Assembly: GCA_046563655.1 (NCBI GenBank)
Contig: CM102286.1
Coordinates: 8,742,001-8,806,000 of the forward strand
From: Yuukianura sp. NJ FZ-2021
Taxonomy: Eukaryota
Length of the DNA stretch: 64,000 bases
Reading direction: 5' to 3'
Both the position numbers and the translations under genes were made by a program. Every line of letters begins with the position of its first letter. Positions within the stretch are counted from its first letter, which is position 1. A model generated the notes under the pieces. That model did not search any database and was not told the origin of the DNA. It saw nothing but the letters and a program-made list of their open reading frames with translations. Of the stretch, positions 1 to 12,566 are shown one piece after another.

Positions 1-626
1 CATCTGAAGTGTTCCAAACTCACTTTTTCTCCGAAAAATCCATTTTTTTCATTTAAAACTCCCCAAAAAGTCATTCTGGGCTATCTGAGGAGTCAAAATT
101 GCAAACCGAAATTATGCTTCTGAAAGCCCATCTGACGTGTTCCAATCTCAATTTTTCTCCGAAAAATTCATTTTTTTCATTATAAACTCCTAAAAAAGTC
201 ATTCTGGAGTATGTGAGGAGTCAAAATTGCAAACCGAAATTATGCTTCTGAAAGCCCATCTGAAGTGTTCCAAACTCACTTTTTCTCCGAAAAATCCATT
301 TTTTTCATTTAAAACTCCCCATAAAGTCATTCTGGGCTATCTGAGGAGTCAAAATTGCAAACCGAAATTATGCTTCTGAAAGCCCATATGAAGTGTTCCA
401 AACCAAATTTTTCTCCGAAAAATCCATTTTTTTCATTTAAAACTCCCCAAAAAGTCATTCTGGGCTATCTGAGGAGTCAAAATTGCAAACCGAAATTATG
501 CTTCTGAAAGCCCATCTGAAGTGTTCCAAACTCAATTTTTCTCCGAAAAATCCATTTTTTTCATTTAAAACTCACCAAAAAGTCATTCTGGGCTATCTGA
601 GGAGTCAAAATTGCAAACCGAAATTA
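1..626. repeat. ~128-bp satellite array, block 1
   Basis: Monomer catctgaagtgttccaaactc...gaaattatgcttctgaaagcc recurs at 1, 129 and 257 (period 128). Confidence 0.98.
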
Positions 627-1566
627 CAGGGGGGGGCGTCCTATTTTGGACAGTTAGTTTTTGTCGTAGATCGAGGCGCGCAGTATACTTTTTGTCGGGT
701 TTTCGATCCTATCGTATCAATGGGTCGCAGATAAGCAAAGTTTAACTTTGTAATTCAGTTAATTAATTCAAAATGGCGGACAAAATGGCCGCCAAACTCG
801 AAGCTCCCATTATAACTTTTTCCAAAGGCGGATTTTCACTCTAAGGGTACCAGCGACAGTTCAAAACGTTAACTTTTGACGTTACGTCTAGCACAATTCG
901 TGCCAACATCGGTTACAATCGATTTGGCACGAATTTGAAATTTGTTGATGCTGTGAAGCATTAAAATGTTAAAATAAGAAAAAACTCGAAAAAAGGAAAA
1001 TTCGAAAAGGAAAAAAGGAACATTTGATATTTGAACCGCTGAGTACCCCGGTTGCAGTGTTGCAATGAAAAAAGGGTTGTAACTGTCACCCAGAGGCTCA
1101 GCAAGGTCACCCCGAAGAAGATTTGGAAAAAAAGTGAAAGTAAAGTGAAAGTAACTGACTTCAATGCACCATTACAAACTTTTCGCGTCCAGAATCAAAC
1201 AAAAAATTCAAAATGGTCAATGACCTTGATTAAAAATTTGACCTAAGGTGATGCCCAGCTCGGATATGCATATCAATAGCTCTGTTATCAGTATGGTAAA
1301 TTTTCGCACATTAGCGGCCTCAAAATAAAGGATTATCCAAATCCGTCTTAAGACTTTAGGAAGGGGTTTTGGAAACTCTCCCAGTAAAATGGTTTCAAAT
1401 GACCCCCTCGAAGGTCAAAATGGTAATCGATGGCGAGAAACTGACACTTCGGATGGTCACTCAAGTGTATTAGGAGCATCTTAAGGCAAAAATATTAGTT
1501 AATATTCGGTAATTACTGCAGCTACAGCGTAAAATATAACTGTCCAAAATAGGATGCCCCCCCCTG
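627..1566. mobile_element. Non-autonomous Tc1/mariner-type MITE (940 bp)
   Basis: 30-bp TIRs CAGGGGGGGGCGTCCTATTTTGGACAGTTA / TAACTGTCCAAAATAGGATGCCCCCCCCTG (1 mismatch). TA is duplicated at 625-626 and 1567-1568 within satellite aaatTAtgcttc. No transposase ORF. Confidence 0.92.
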
Positions 1567-4500
1567 TATGCTTCTGAAAGCCCATCTGAAGTGTTCCAAA
1601 CTCAATTTTTCACCAAAAAATCATTTTTTTTTTCATTAAATACTCTTCAAAAAGTCATTCTGGGCTATCTGAGGAGTCAAAATTGCAAACCGAAATTATG
1701 CTTCTGAAAGCCCATATGAAGTGTTCCAAACCAAATTTTTCTCCGAAAAATCCATTTTTTTCATTTAAAACTCCCCAAAAAGTCATTCTGCGCTATCTGA
1801 GGAGTCAAAATTGCAAACCGAAATTATGCTTCTGAAAGCCCATCTGAAGTGTTCCAAACTCAATTTTTCTCCGAAAAATCCATTTTTTTCATTTAAAACT
1901 CACCAAAAAGTCATTCTGGGCTATCTGAGGAGTCAAAATTGCAAACCGAAATTATGCTTCTGAAAGCCCATCTGAAGTGTTCCAAACTCAATTTTTCACC
2001 AAAAAATCATTTTTTTTTTCATTAAATACTCTTCAAAAAGTCATTCTGGGCTATCTGAGGAGTCAAAATTGCAAACCGAAATTATGCTTCTGAAAGCCCA
2101 TATGAAGTGTTCCAAACTCAATTTTTCTCCGAAAAATCCATTTTTTTCATTTAAAACTCACCAAAAAGTCATTCTGGGCTATCTGAGGAGTCAAAATTGC
2201 AAACCGAAATTATGCTTCTGAAAGCCCATCTGAAGTGTTCCAAACTCAATTTTTCACCAAAAAATCATTTTTTTTTTCATTAAATACTCATCAAAAAGTC
2301 ATTCTGGGCTATCTGAGGAGTCAAAATTGCAAACCGAAATTATGCTTCTGAAAGCCCATATGAAGTGTTCCAAACTAAATTTTTCTCCGAAAAATCCATT
2401 CTTTTCATTTAAAACTCACCAAAAAGTCATTCTGGGCTATCTGAGGAGTCAAAATTGCAAACCGAAATTATGGTTGTGAAAGCCCATCTGAAGTGTTCCA
2501 AGCTCAATTTTTCACCAAAAAATCATTTTTTTTTCATTAAATACTCTTCAAAAAGTCATTCTGGGCTATCTGAGGAGTCAAAATTGCAAACCGAAATTAT
2601 GCTTCTGAAAGCCCATCTGAAGTGTTCCAAACTCACTTTTTCTCCGAAAAATCCATTTTTTTCATTTAAAACTCACCAAAAAGTCATTCTGGGCTATCTG
2701 AGGAGTCAAAATTGCAAACCGAAATTATGCTTCTGAAAGCCCATATGAAGTGTTCCAAACTAAATTTTTCTCCGAAAAATCCATTCTTTTCATTTAAAAC
2801 TCACCAAAAAGTCATTCTGGGCTATCTGAGGAGTCAAAATTGCAAACCGAAATTATGGTTGAGAAAGCCCATCTGAAGTGTTCCAAGCTCAATTTTTCAC
2901 CAAAAAATCATTTTTTTTTCATTAAATACTCTTCAAAAAGTCATTCTGGGCTTTCTGAGGAGTCAAAATTGCAAACCGAAATTATGCTTCTGAAAGCCCA
3001 TATGAAGTGTTCCAAACTCAATTTTTCACCAAAAAATCCATTTTTTTTCATTTAAAACTCACCATAAAGTCATTCTGGGCTATCTGAGGTGTCAAAATTG
3101 TAAACCGAAATTACGCTTCTGAAAGCCCATCTGAAGTGTTCCAAACTCAATTTTTCTCCGAAAAATCCATTTTTTTTCATTTAAAACTCCCCAAAAAGTC
3201 ATTCTGGGCTATCTGAGGAGTCAAAATTGCAAACCGAAATTATGCTTCTGAAAGCCCATCTGAAGTGTTCCAAACTCACTTTTTCTCCGAAAAATTCATT
3301 TTTTTTTCATTTAAAACTCCCCATAAAGTCATTCTGGGCTATCTGAGGAGTCAAAATTGCAAACCGAAATTATGCTTCTGAAAGCCCATATGAAGTGTTC
3401 CAAACTCAATTTTTCTCCGAAAAATCCATTTTTTTCATTTAAAACTCACCAAAAAGTCATTCTGGGCTATCTGAGGAGTCAAAATTGCAAACCGAAATTA
3501 TGCTTCTGAAAGCCCATCTGAAGTGTTCCAAACTCAATTTTTCACTAAAAAATCATTTTTTTTTTCATTAAATACTCATCAAAAAGTCATTCTGGGCTAT
3601 CTGAGGAGTCAAAATTGCAAACCGAAATTATGCTTCTGAAAGCCCATATGAAGTGTTCCAAACTAAATTTTTCTCCGAAAAATCCATTCTTTTCATTTAA
3701 AACTCACCAAAAAGTCATTCTGGGCTATCTGAGGAGTCAAAATTGCAAACCGAAATTATGCTTCTGAAAGCCCATCTGAAGTGTTCCAAACTCACTTTTT
3801 CTCCGAAAAATCCATTCTTTTCATTTAAAACTCACCAAAAAGTCATTCTGGGCTATCTGAGGAGTCAAAATTGCAAACCGAAATTATGCTTCTGAAAGCC
3901 CATCTGAAGTGTTCCAAACTCACTTTTTCTCCGAAAAATTCATTTTTTTTCATTTAAAACTCCCCAAAAAGTCATTCTGGGCTATCTGAGGAGTCAAAAT
4001 TGCAAACCGAAATTATGCTTCTGAAAGCCCATCTGAAGTGTTCCAAACTCACTTTTTCTCCGAAAAATTCATTTTTTTTTCATTTAAAACTCCCCATAAA
4101 GTCATTCTGGGCTATCTGAGGAGTCAAAATTGCAAACCGAAATTATGCTTCTGAAAGCCCATCTGAAGTGTTCCAAACTCACTTTTTCTCCGAAAAATTC
4201 ATTTTTTTTCATTTAAAACTCCCCAAAGAGTCATTCTGGGCTATTTGAGATGTCAAAATTGCAAACCGAAATTATGCTTGTGAAAGCCCGTCTGAAGTGT
4301 TCCAAGCTCAATTTTTCACCAAAAAATCCATTTTTTTCATTTAAAACTCTCCAAAAAGTCATTCTGGGCTATCTGAGGAGTCAAAATTGCAAACCGAAAT
4401 TATGCTTCTGAAAGCCCATCTGAAGTGTTCCAAACTCAATTTTTCACCAAAAAATCATTTTTTTTTCATTAAATACTCTTCAAAAAGTCATTCTGGGCTA

Positions 4501-7500
4501 TCTGAGGAGTCAAAATTGCAAACCGAAATTATGCTTCTGAAAGCCCATCTGAAGTGTTCCAAACTCAATTTTTCACCAAAAAATCATTTTTTTTTCATTA
4601 AATACTCTTCAAAAAGTCATTCTGGGCTATCTGAGGAGTCAAAATTGCAAACCGAAATTATGCTTCTGAAAGCCCATATGAAGTGTTCCAAACTCAATTT
4701 TTCTCCGAAAAATCCATTTTTTTCATTTAAAACTCACCAAAAAGTCATTCTGGGCTATCTGAGGAGTCAAAATTGCAAACCGAAATTATGCTTCTGAAAG
4801 CCCATCTGAAGTGTTCCAAACTCAATTTTTCACCAAAAAATCATTTTTTTCATTAAATACTCATCAAAAAGTCATTCTGGGCTATCTGAGGAGTCAAAAT
4901 TGCAAACCGAAATTATGCTTCTGAAAGCCCATATGAAGTGTTCCAAACTAAATTTTTCTCCGAAAAATCCATTCTTTTCATTTAAAACTCACCAAAAAGT
5001 CATTCTGGGCTATCTGAGGAGTCAAAATTGCAAACCGAAATTATGCTTCTGAAAGCCCATCTGAAGTGTTCCAAACTCAATTTTTCACCAAAAAATCATT
5101 TTTTTCATTAAATACTCATCAAAAAGTCATTCTGGGCTATCTGAGGAGTCAAAATTGCAAACCGAAATTATGCTTCTGAAAGCCCATATGAAGTGTTCCA
5201 AACTAAATTTTTCTCCGAAAAATCCATTCTTTTCATTTAAAACTCACCAAAAAGTCATTCTGGGCTATCTGAGGAGTCAAAATTGCAAACCGAAATTATG
5301 GTTGTGAAAGCCCATCTGAAGTGTTCCAAGCTCAATTTTTCACCAAAAAATCATTTTTTTTTCATTAAATACTCTTCAAAAAGTCATTCTGGGCTATCTG
5401 AGGAGTCAAAATTGCAAACCGAAATTATGCTTCTGAAAGCCCATCTGAAGTGTTCCAAACTCACTTTTTCTCCGAAAAATTCATTTTTTTTTCATTTAAA
5501 ACTCCCCAAAAAGTCATTCTGGGCTATCTGAGGAGTCAAAATTGCAAACCGAAATTATGCTTCTGAAAGCCCATCTGAAGTGTTCCAAACTCACTTTTTC
5601 TCCGAAAAATTCATTTTTTTTCATTTAAAACTCCCCATAAAGTCATTCTGGGCTATCTGAGGAGTCAAAATTGCAAACCGAAATTATGCTTCTGAAAGCC
5701 CATATGAAGTGTTCCAAACTCACTTTTTCTCCGAAAAATTCATTTTTTTCATTTAAAACTCCCCAAAGAGTCATTCTGGGCTATTTGAGATGTCAAAATT
5801 GCAAACCGAAATTATGCTTGTGAAAGCCCGTCTGAAGTGTTCCAAGCTCAATTTTTCACCAAAAAATCCATTTTTTTCATTTAAAACTCTCCAAAAAGTC
5901 ATTCTGGGCTATCTGAGGAGTCAAAATTGCAAACCGAAATTATGCTTCTGAAAGCCCATCTGAAGTGTTCCAAACTCAATTTTTCACCAAAAAATCATTT
6001 TTTTTCATTAAATACTCTTCAAAAAGTCATTCTGGGCTATCTGAGGAGTCAAAATTGCAAACCGAAATTATGCTTCTGAAAGCCCATCTGAAGTGTTCCA
6101 AACTCAATTTTTCACCAAAAAATCATTTTTTTCATTAAATACTCTTCAAAAAGTCATTCTGGGCTATCTGAGGAGTCAAAATTGCAAACCGAAATTATGC
6201 TTCTGAAAGCCCATATGAAGTGTTCCAAACTCAATTTTTCTCCGAAAAATCCATTTTTTTCATTTAAAACTCACCAAAAAGTCATTCTGGGCTATCTGAG
6301 GAGTCAAAATTGCAAACCGAAATTATGCTTCTGAAAGCCCATCTGAAGTGTTCCAAACTCAATTTTTCACCAAAAAATCATTTTTTTTCATTAAATACTC
6401 ATCAAAAAGTCATTCTGGGCTATCTGAGGAGTCAAAATTGCAAACCGAAATTATGCTTCTGAAAGCCCATATGAAGTGTTCCAAACTAAATTTTTCTCCG
6501 AAAAATCCATTCTTTTCATTTAAAACTCACCAAAAAGTCATTCTGGGCTATCTGAGGAGTCAAAATTGCAAACCGAAATTATGGTTGTGAAAGCCCATCT
6601 GAAGTGTTCCAAGCTCAATTTTTCACCAAAAAATCATTTTTTCATTAAATACTCTTCAAAAAGTCATTCTGGGCTATCTGAGGAGTCAAAATTGCAAACC
6701 GAAATTATGCTTCTGAAAGCCCATCTGAAGTGTTCCAAACTCACTTTTTCTCCGAAAAATCCATTTTTTTCATTTAAAACTCACCAAAAAGTCATTCTGG
6801 GCTATCTGAGGAGTCAAAATTGCAAACCGAAATTATGCTTCTGAAAGCCCATATGAAGTGTTCCAAACTAAATTTTTCTCCGAAAAATCCATTCTTTTCA
6901 TTTAAAACTCACCAAAAAGTCATTCTGGGCTATCTGAGGAGTCAAAATTGCAAACCGAAATTATGGTTGTGAAAGCCCATCTGAAGTGTTCCAAGCTCAA
7001 TTTTTCACCAAAAAATCATTTTTTTCATTAAATACTCTTCAAAAAGTCATTCTGGGCTATCTGAGGAGTCAAAATTGCAAACCGAAATTATGCTTCTGAA
7101 AGCCCATATGAAGTGTTCCAAACTCAATTTTTCACCAAAAAATCCATTTTTTTCATTTAAAACTCACCAAAAAGTCATTCTGGGCTATCTGAGGTGTCAA
7201 AATTGTAAACCGAAATTATGCTTCTGAAAGCCCATCTGAAGTGTTCCAAACTCACTTTTTCTCCGAAAAATCCATTTTTTTCATTTAAAACTCCCCAAAA
7301 AGTCATTCTGGGCTATCTGAGGAGTCAAAATTGCAAACCGAAATTATGCTTCTGAAAGCCCATCTGAAGTGTTCCAAACTCAATTTTTCTCCGAAAAATT
7401 CATTTTTTTTTTCATTTAAAACTCCCCAAAAAGTCATTCTGGGCTATCTGAGGAGTCAAAATTGCAAACCGAAATTATGCTTCTGAAAGCCCATCTGAAG

Positions 7501-7965
7501 TGTTCCAAACTCACTTTTTCTCCGAAAAATTCATTTTTTTTTCATTTAAAACTCCCCATAAAGTCATTCTGGGCTATCTGAGGAGTCAAAATTGCAAACC
7601 GAAATTATGCTTCTGAAAGCCCATATGAAGTGTTCCAAACCAAATTTTTCTCCGAAAAATCCATTTTTTTCATTTAAAACTCCCCAAAAAGTCATTCTGG
7701 GCTATCTGAGGAGTCAAAATTGCAAACCGAAATTATGCTTCTGAAAGCCCATCTGAAGTGTTCCAAACTCAATTTTTCTCCGAAAAATCCATTTTTTTCA
7801 TTTAAAACTCACCAAAAAGTCATTCTGGGCTATCTGAGGAGTCAAAATTGCAAACCGAAATTATGCTTCTGAAAGCCCATCTGAAGTGTTCCAAACTCAA
7901 TTTTTCACCAAAAAATCATTTTTTTTTTCATTAAAAACTCCTCAAAAAGTCATTTTGGGCTATCT
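1567..7965. repeat. ~128-bp satellite array, block 2
   Basis: Continuous tandem monomers of 127-130 bp, varying mainly in T-tract length. Confidence 0.98.
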
Positions 7966-8964
7966 AATCAATCAATCAATCAATCTAGTTTATTTTCCCA
8001 TTGAGAATAGGTTTTTCAAAATAAACGCCAGTGTTTTTGAAAATATACTAACCTATGTGGAAATAAAGTATTAGGTATTTGGTATTGTATTAGATTATAT
8101 ATTAGAGTTAGTATTATAAAAGTAAAATTTTTTTTTCCTAAAATATTGTTCAAAGTGTGTTTATGTAAAAGTTTTTTTTTTTAGCTTACAAATAATTTCT
8201 ATTGTTGTTCGATTCTAAATAAATTTCTTATTCTTTATAGGTTTGGATTGATTGTTTTGTACTTCGCATACTTGATTTGCTATAAAGTGTTTGTGGAGGG
8301 CGTTGCTAAATGACAGTCTGTTGTTGATTTGAACCAATTCCTTCTCTAAATTGTTCCATAGGCGGTGTGCAGATGCTTTAAACGAGTTCGGGTGAAATGT
8401 GTTGTAATTCGCGTAAGCCTTATTTCTTGTGACTCTGGTAGTCTTGAATTCTGATTCATCGAGGTAATTGATGAAATAAGGCGGGCTTCTCAGTTTTTTA
8501 ATGTCGTAAGTCAGCATGATTACATTGAATTTGTATGCTTGTGATGGGAATAACCAGTTGAGTTCATTAGTAATTCGCAATTTGACTTTGTTGAATTTTG
8601 ACTCCATCAGCACAAATCTTCCTGCGCACCGTAAGACCTTCTCTGCCATCTTCAAAAATTGTTTTCTCGTACTTGCCCAGACTTCTGATAAGTACCTTAA
8701 CTTTGACAAGACATATGATTGCATGAGAATATTTCTGTTCTTTGAGTTTAGCAGCCGTTGAAGTGGATAGAATGACGCAATTATACTGAAGCATTTCTTT
8801 GTGGTTTTAGTGATGTGTTCATCCCACTGAAGCTTTCCGTCAATTGTCAAACCAAGGCTGACGATAGAACGAGATGTCTTGATTTTCAGTTTTTGGAACG
8901 AAAATTCAATATCTTCAGCAGTTTTCATGATCGTTGGTTTTGCGATTATAAGGATTTCCGTTTC
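7966..8964 (-). mobile_element. 5'-truncated non-LTR retrotransposon (CR1/L2-group LINE, e.g. Daphne/Crack-like)
   Basis: (AATC)5 at 7966-7985 is a (GATT)n 3' tail on the minus strand, followed by an AT-rich 3' UTR and an ORF2 C-terminus. The satellite resumes at 8965. Confidence 0.85.
8215..8964 (-). pseudogene. C-terminal part of LINE ORF2 (end of RT/thumb region)
   Basis: ETEILII...SLGLTIDGKLQWDEHI...YVLSKLRYLSEVW...LNWL...SFKASAHRLWNNL match the typical post-RT motifs of CR1/L2-group LINEs. The YADD core and endonuclease are absent. Confidence 0.85.
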
Positions 8965-11458
8965 TGCTTCTGAAAGCCCATATGAAGTGTTCCAAACTCA
9001 ATTTTTCTCCGAAAAATCCATTTTTTTTATTTAAAACTCACCAAAAAGTCATTCTGGGCTATCTGAGGAGTCAAAATTGCAAACCGAAATTATGCTTCTG
9101 AAAGCCCATCTGAAGTGTTCCAAACTCAATTTTTCACCAAAAAATCATTTTTTTTTTCATTAAATACTCATCAAAAAGTCATTCTGGGCTATCTGAGGAG
9201 TCAAAATTGCAAACCGAAATTATGCTTCTGAAAGCCCATATGAAGTGTTCCAAACTAAATTTTTCTCCGAAAAATCCATTCTTTTCATTTAAAACTCACC
9301 AAAAAGTCATTCTGGGCTATCTGAGGAGTCAAAATTGCAAACCGAAATTATGGTTGTGAAAGCCCATCTGAAGTGTTCCAAGCTCAATTTTTCACCAAAA
9401 AATCATTTTTTTTTCATTAAATACTCTTCAAAAAGTCATTCTGGGCTATCTGAGGAGTCAAAATTGCAAACCAAAATTATGGTTGTGAAAGCCCATCTGA
9501 AGTGTTCCAAGCGCAATTTTTCACCAAAGAATCATTTTTTTTTCATTAAATACTCTTCAAAAAGTCATTCTGGGCTATCTGAGGAGTCAAAATTGCAAAC
9601 CGAAATTATGCTTCTGAAAGCCCATCTGAAGTGTTCCAAACTCACTTTTTCTCCGAAAAATCCATTTTTTTCATTTAAAACTCACCAAAAAGTCATTCTG
9701 GGCTATCTGAGGAGTCAAAATTGCAAACCGAAATTATGCTTCTGAAAGCCCATATGAAGTGTTCCAAACTAAATTTTTCTCCGAAAAATCCATTCTTTTC
9801 ATTTAAAACTCACCAAAAAGTCATTCTGGGCTATCTGAGGAGTCAAAATTGCAAACCGAAATTATGGTTGAGAAAGCCCATCTGAAGTGTTCCAAGCTCA
9901 ATTTTTCACCAAAAAATCATTTTTTTCATTAAATACTCTTCAAAAAGTCATTCTGGGCTATCTGAGGAGTCAAAATTGCAAACCGAAATTATGCTTCTGA
10001 AAGCCCATATGAAGTGTTCCAAACTCAATTTTTCACCAAAAAATCCATTTTTTTTCATTTAAAACTCACCAAAAAGTCATTCTGGGCTATCTGAGGTGTC
10101 AAAATTGTAAACCGAAATTACGCTTCTGAAAGCCCATCTGAAGTGTTCCAAACTCAATTTTTCTCCGAAAAATCCATTTTTTTCATTTAAAACTCCCCAA
10201 AAAGTCATTCTGGGCTATCTGAGGAGTCAAAATTGCAAACCGAAATTATGCTTCTGAAAGCCCATCTGAAGTGTTCCAAACTCACTTTTTCTCCGAAGAA
10301 TTCATTTTTTTTTCATTTAAAACTCCCCATAAAGTCATTCTGGGCTATCTGAGGAGTCAAAATTGCAAACCGAAATTATGCTTCTGAAAGCCCATATGAA
10401 GTGTTCCAAACCAAATTTTTCTCCGAAAAATCCATTTTTTTCATTTAAAACTCCCCAAAAAGTCATTCTGGGCTATCTGAGGAGTCAAAATTGCAAACCG
10501 AAATTATGCTTCTGAAAGCCCATCTGAAGTGTTCCAAACTCACTTTTTCTCCGAAAAATTCATTTTTTTTTCATTTAAAACTCCCCATAAAGTCATTCTG
10601 GGCTATCTGAGGAGTCAAAATTGCAAACCGAAATTATGCTTCTGAAAGCCCATATGAAGTGTTCCAAACTCAATTTTTCTCCGAAAAATCCATTTTTTTC
10701 ATTTAAAACTCACCAAAAAGTCATTCTGGGCTATCTGAGGAGTCAAAATTGCAAACCGAAATTATGCTTCTGAAAGCCCATCTGAAGTGTTCCAAACTCA
10801 ATTTTTCACTAAAAAATCCATTCTTTTCATTAAATACTCATCAAAAAGTCATTCTGGGCTATCTGAGGAGTCAAAATTGCAAACCGAAATTATGCTTCTG
10901 AAAGCCCATATGAAGTGTTCCAAACTAAATTTTTCTCCGAAAAATCCATTCTTTTCATTTAAAACTCACCAAAAAGTCATTCTGGGCTATCTGAGGAGTC
11001 AAAATTGTAAACCGAAATTATGCTTCTGAAAGCCCATCTGAAGTGTTCCAAACTCACTTTTTCTCCGAAAAATCCATTCTTTTCATTTAAAACTCACCAA
11101 AAAGTCATTCTGGGCTATCTGAGGAGTCAAAATTGCAAACCGAAATTATGCTTCTGAAAGCCCATATGAAGTGTTCCAAACTCAATTTTTCTCCGAAAAA
11201 TCAATTTTTTTCATTTAAAACTCACCAAAAAGTCATTCTGGGCTATCTGAGGAGTCAAAATTGCAAACCGAAATTATGCTTCTGAAAGCCCATCTGAAGT
11301 GTTCCAAACTCAATTTTTCACCAAAAAAATCATTCTTTTTCATTAAATACTCATCAAAAAGTCATTCTGGGCTATCTGAGGAGTCAAAATTGCAAACCGA
11401 AATTATGCTTCTGAAAGCCCATATGAAGTGTTCCAAACTAAATTTTTCTCCGAAAAAT
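8965..11458. repeat. ~128-bp satellite array, block 3
   Basis: Tandem monomers sharing rare variants with block 2. Confidence 0.98.
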
Positions 11459-11993
11459 TATGAGGTCATGGACCTCATCTGAGAACATTTAATTAAGTTA
11501 AATTAAGTAGGGCGAATGCCCATAAGTGGTTGTCCACGGTCTCCCTCCCTTTTTGTGTCGGCAGAGCCGACAGAAGAACTCAGCCAGAGTCCTCCTCCAG
11601 CTGCCACGCTGACAACAGCTCTCCAGGACTGCTCCGTCCATCTTCTCCAGGTCGCCTGCTTCCAGCCCAAAGGTCTCAGGTCAGGTCAGCAGTAGGCCAG
11701 TGATTGGCCTTGCCAGTGATTGGCATCGTCGTAGCCAGTGATTGGCTGGGTTGTGGCCAGTGATTGGCCGGGAGCCAGTGATTGGCTTTTCCCCTTCCCC
11801 CGGATCTGGGTTTGTCGGTTATGGCCCTTCAGGCCCGTTAGTTTAGCCCAAAGGGCTTAGTCTTTTAGTTAGTGTCTTCAGTTGCTACGATTTGAATAAA
11901 TCGTAGCTCAAAGATCATCAGTTTTTGGCGTTGTTTTCATTTATTTCATTGTGAGGCTGGAGCAGTGCGGAGAGGCACTGCTCAAGCCTCATA
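11459..11993 (+). repeat. 5' LTR (535 bp)
   Basis: TATGAGG...CCTCATA; direct repeat of 17263-17754; contains AATAAA. Confidence 0.95.
11695..11787 (-). promoter_or_regulatory. Five GCCAGTGATTGGC units (inverted CCAAT boxes) in the LTR
   Basis: Each unit reads GCCAATCAC on the minus strand, resembling an NF-Y site. There are only three units in the 3' LTR (17499-17551). Confidence 0.55.
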
Positions 11994-11995
11994 TC

Positions 11996-12007
11996 TGGTG
12001 CCCCGAG
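11996..12007 (+). promoter_or_regulatory. Primer-binding site, plausibly elongator tRNA-Met
   Basis: TGGTGCCCCGAG lies 2 nt after the 5' LTR and is complementary to a ...CGGGGCACCA tRNA 3' end. The tRNA identity is from recall. Confidence 0.7.
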
Positions 12008-12566
12008 CCTTAACTGCCCCCTTCAGAGACATGAGCATTTCATCATAATGGATGATTGATCAGTGATCAATCATCGATTCATGTAAAAACCGCAAAAATC
12101 GGTTCGGATGCCGATCATTGGGTAACGCAAAGCATGGTTTCCCACTTCCTATACATATAGTGCGCGAATCGGTACGGTTTTGCGCATATGTGGTAAAAAG
12201 ACATTTTTGATTTCAATTTTTCACTTGAGCGCGGTCCGAACCCCGATTCAACTTTCCGATTTCACTTTTCATTTTTCGTAAAGTCAATTACTAATTACAT
12301 GTACAAAGTTTAGATGCATAATTAATCATTCCTAATTAATTCCTGAATTCTAAATTCGCGTTTTTGTTTCCTTTTTTTGGTTATCTCAGGATTTTTACTC
12401 GCAGTCCGAGTAAGTGTTAGCACATTTAGTATAGGAGATTCCCGCTCCTTCCGCGCTCAGATCGGTCAAACATGCGCGCCGCGCTAGCGATCTCTCATTT
12501 GTTTTAACGGTTTTTTCTGCTACTCCAAAAACAGAAACAGATTTTTTTTGGGATTCTTTTGTAGCA

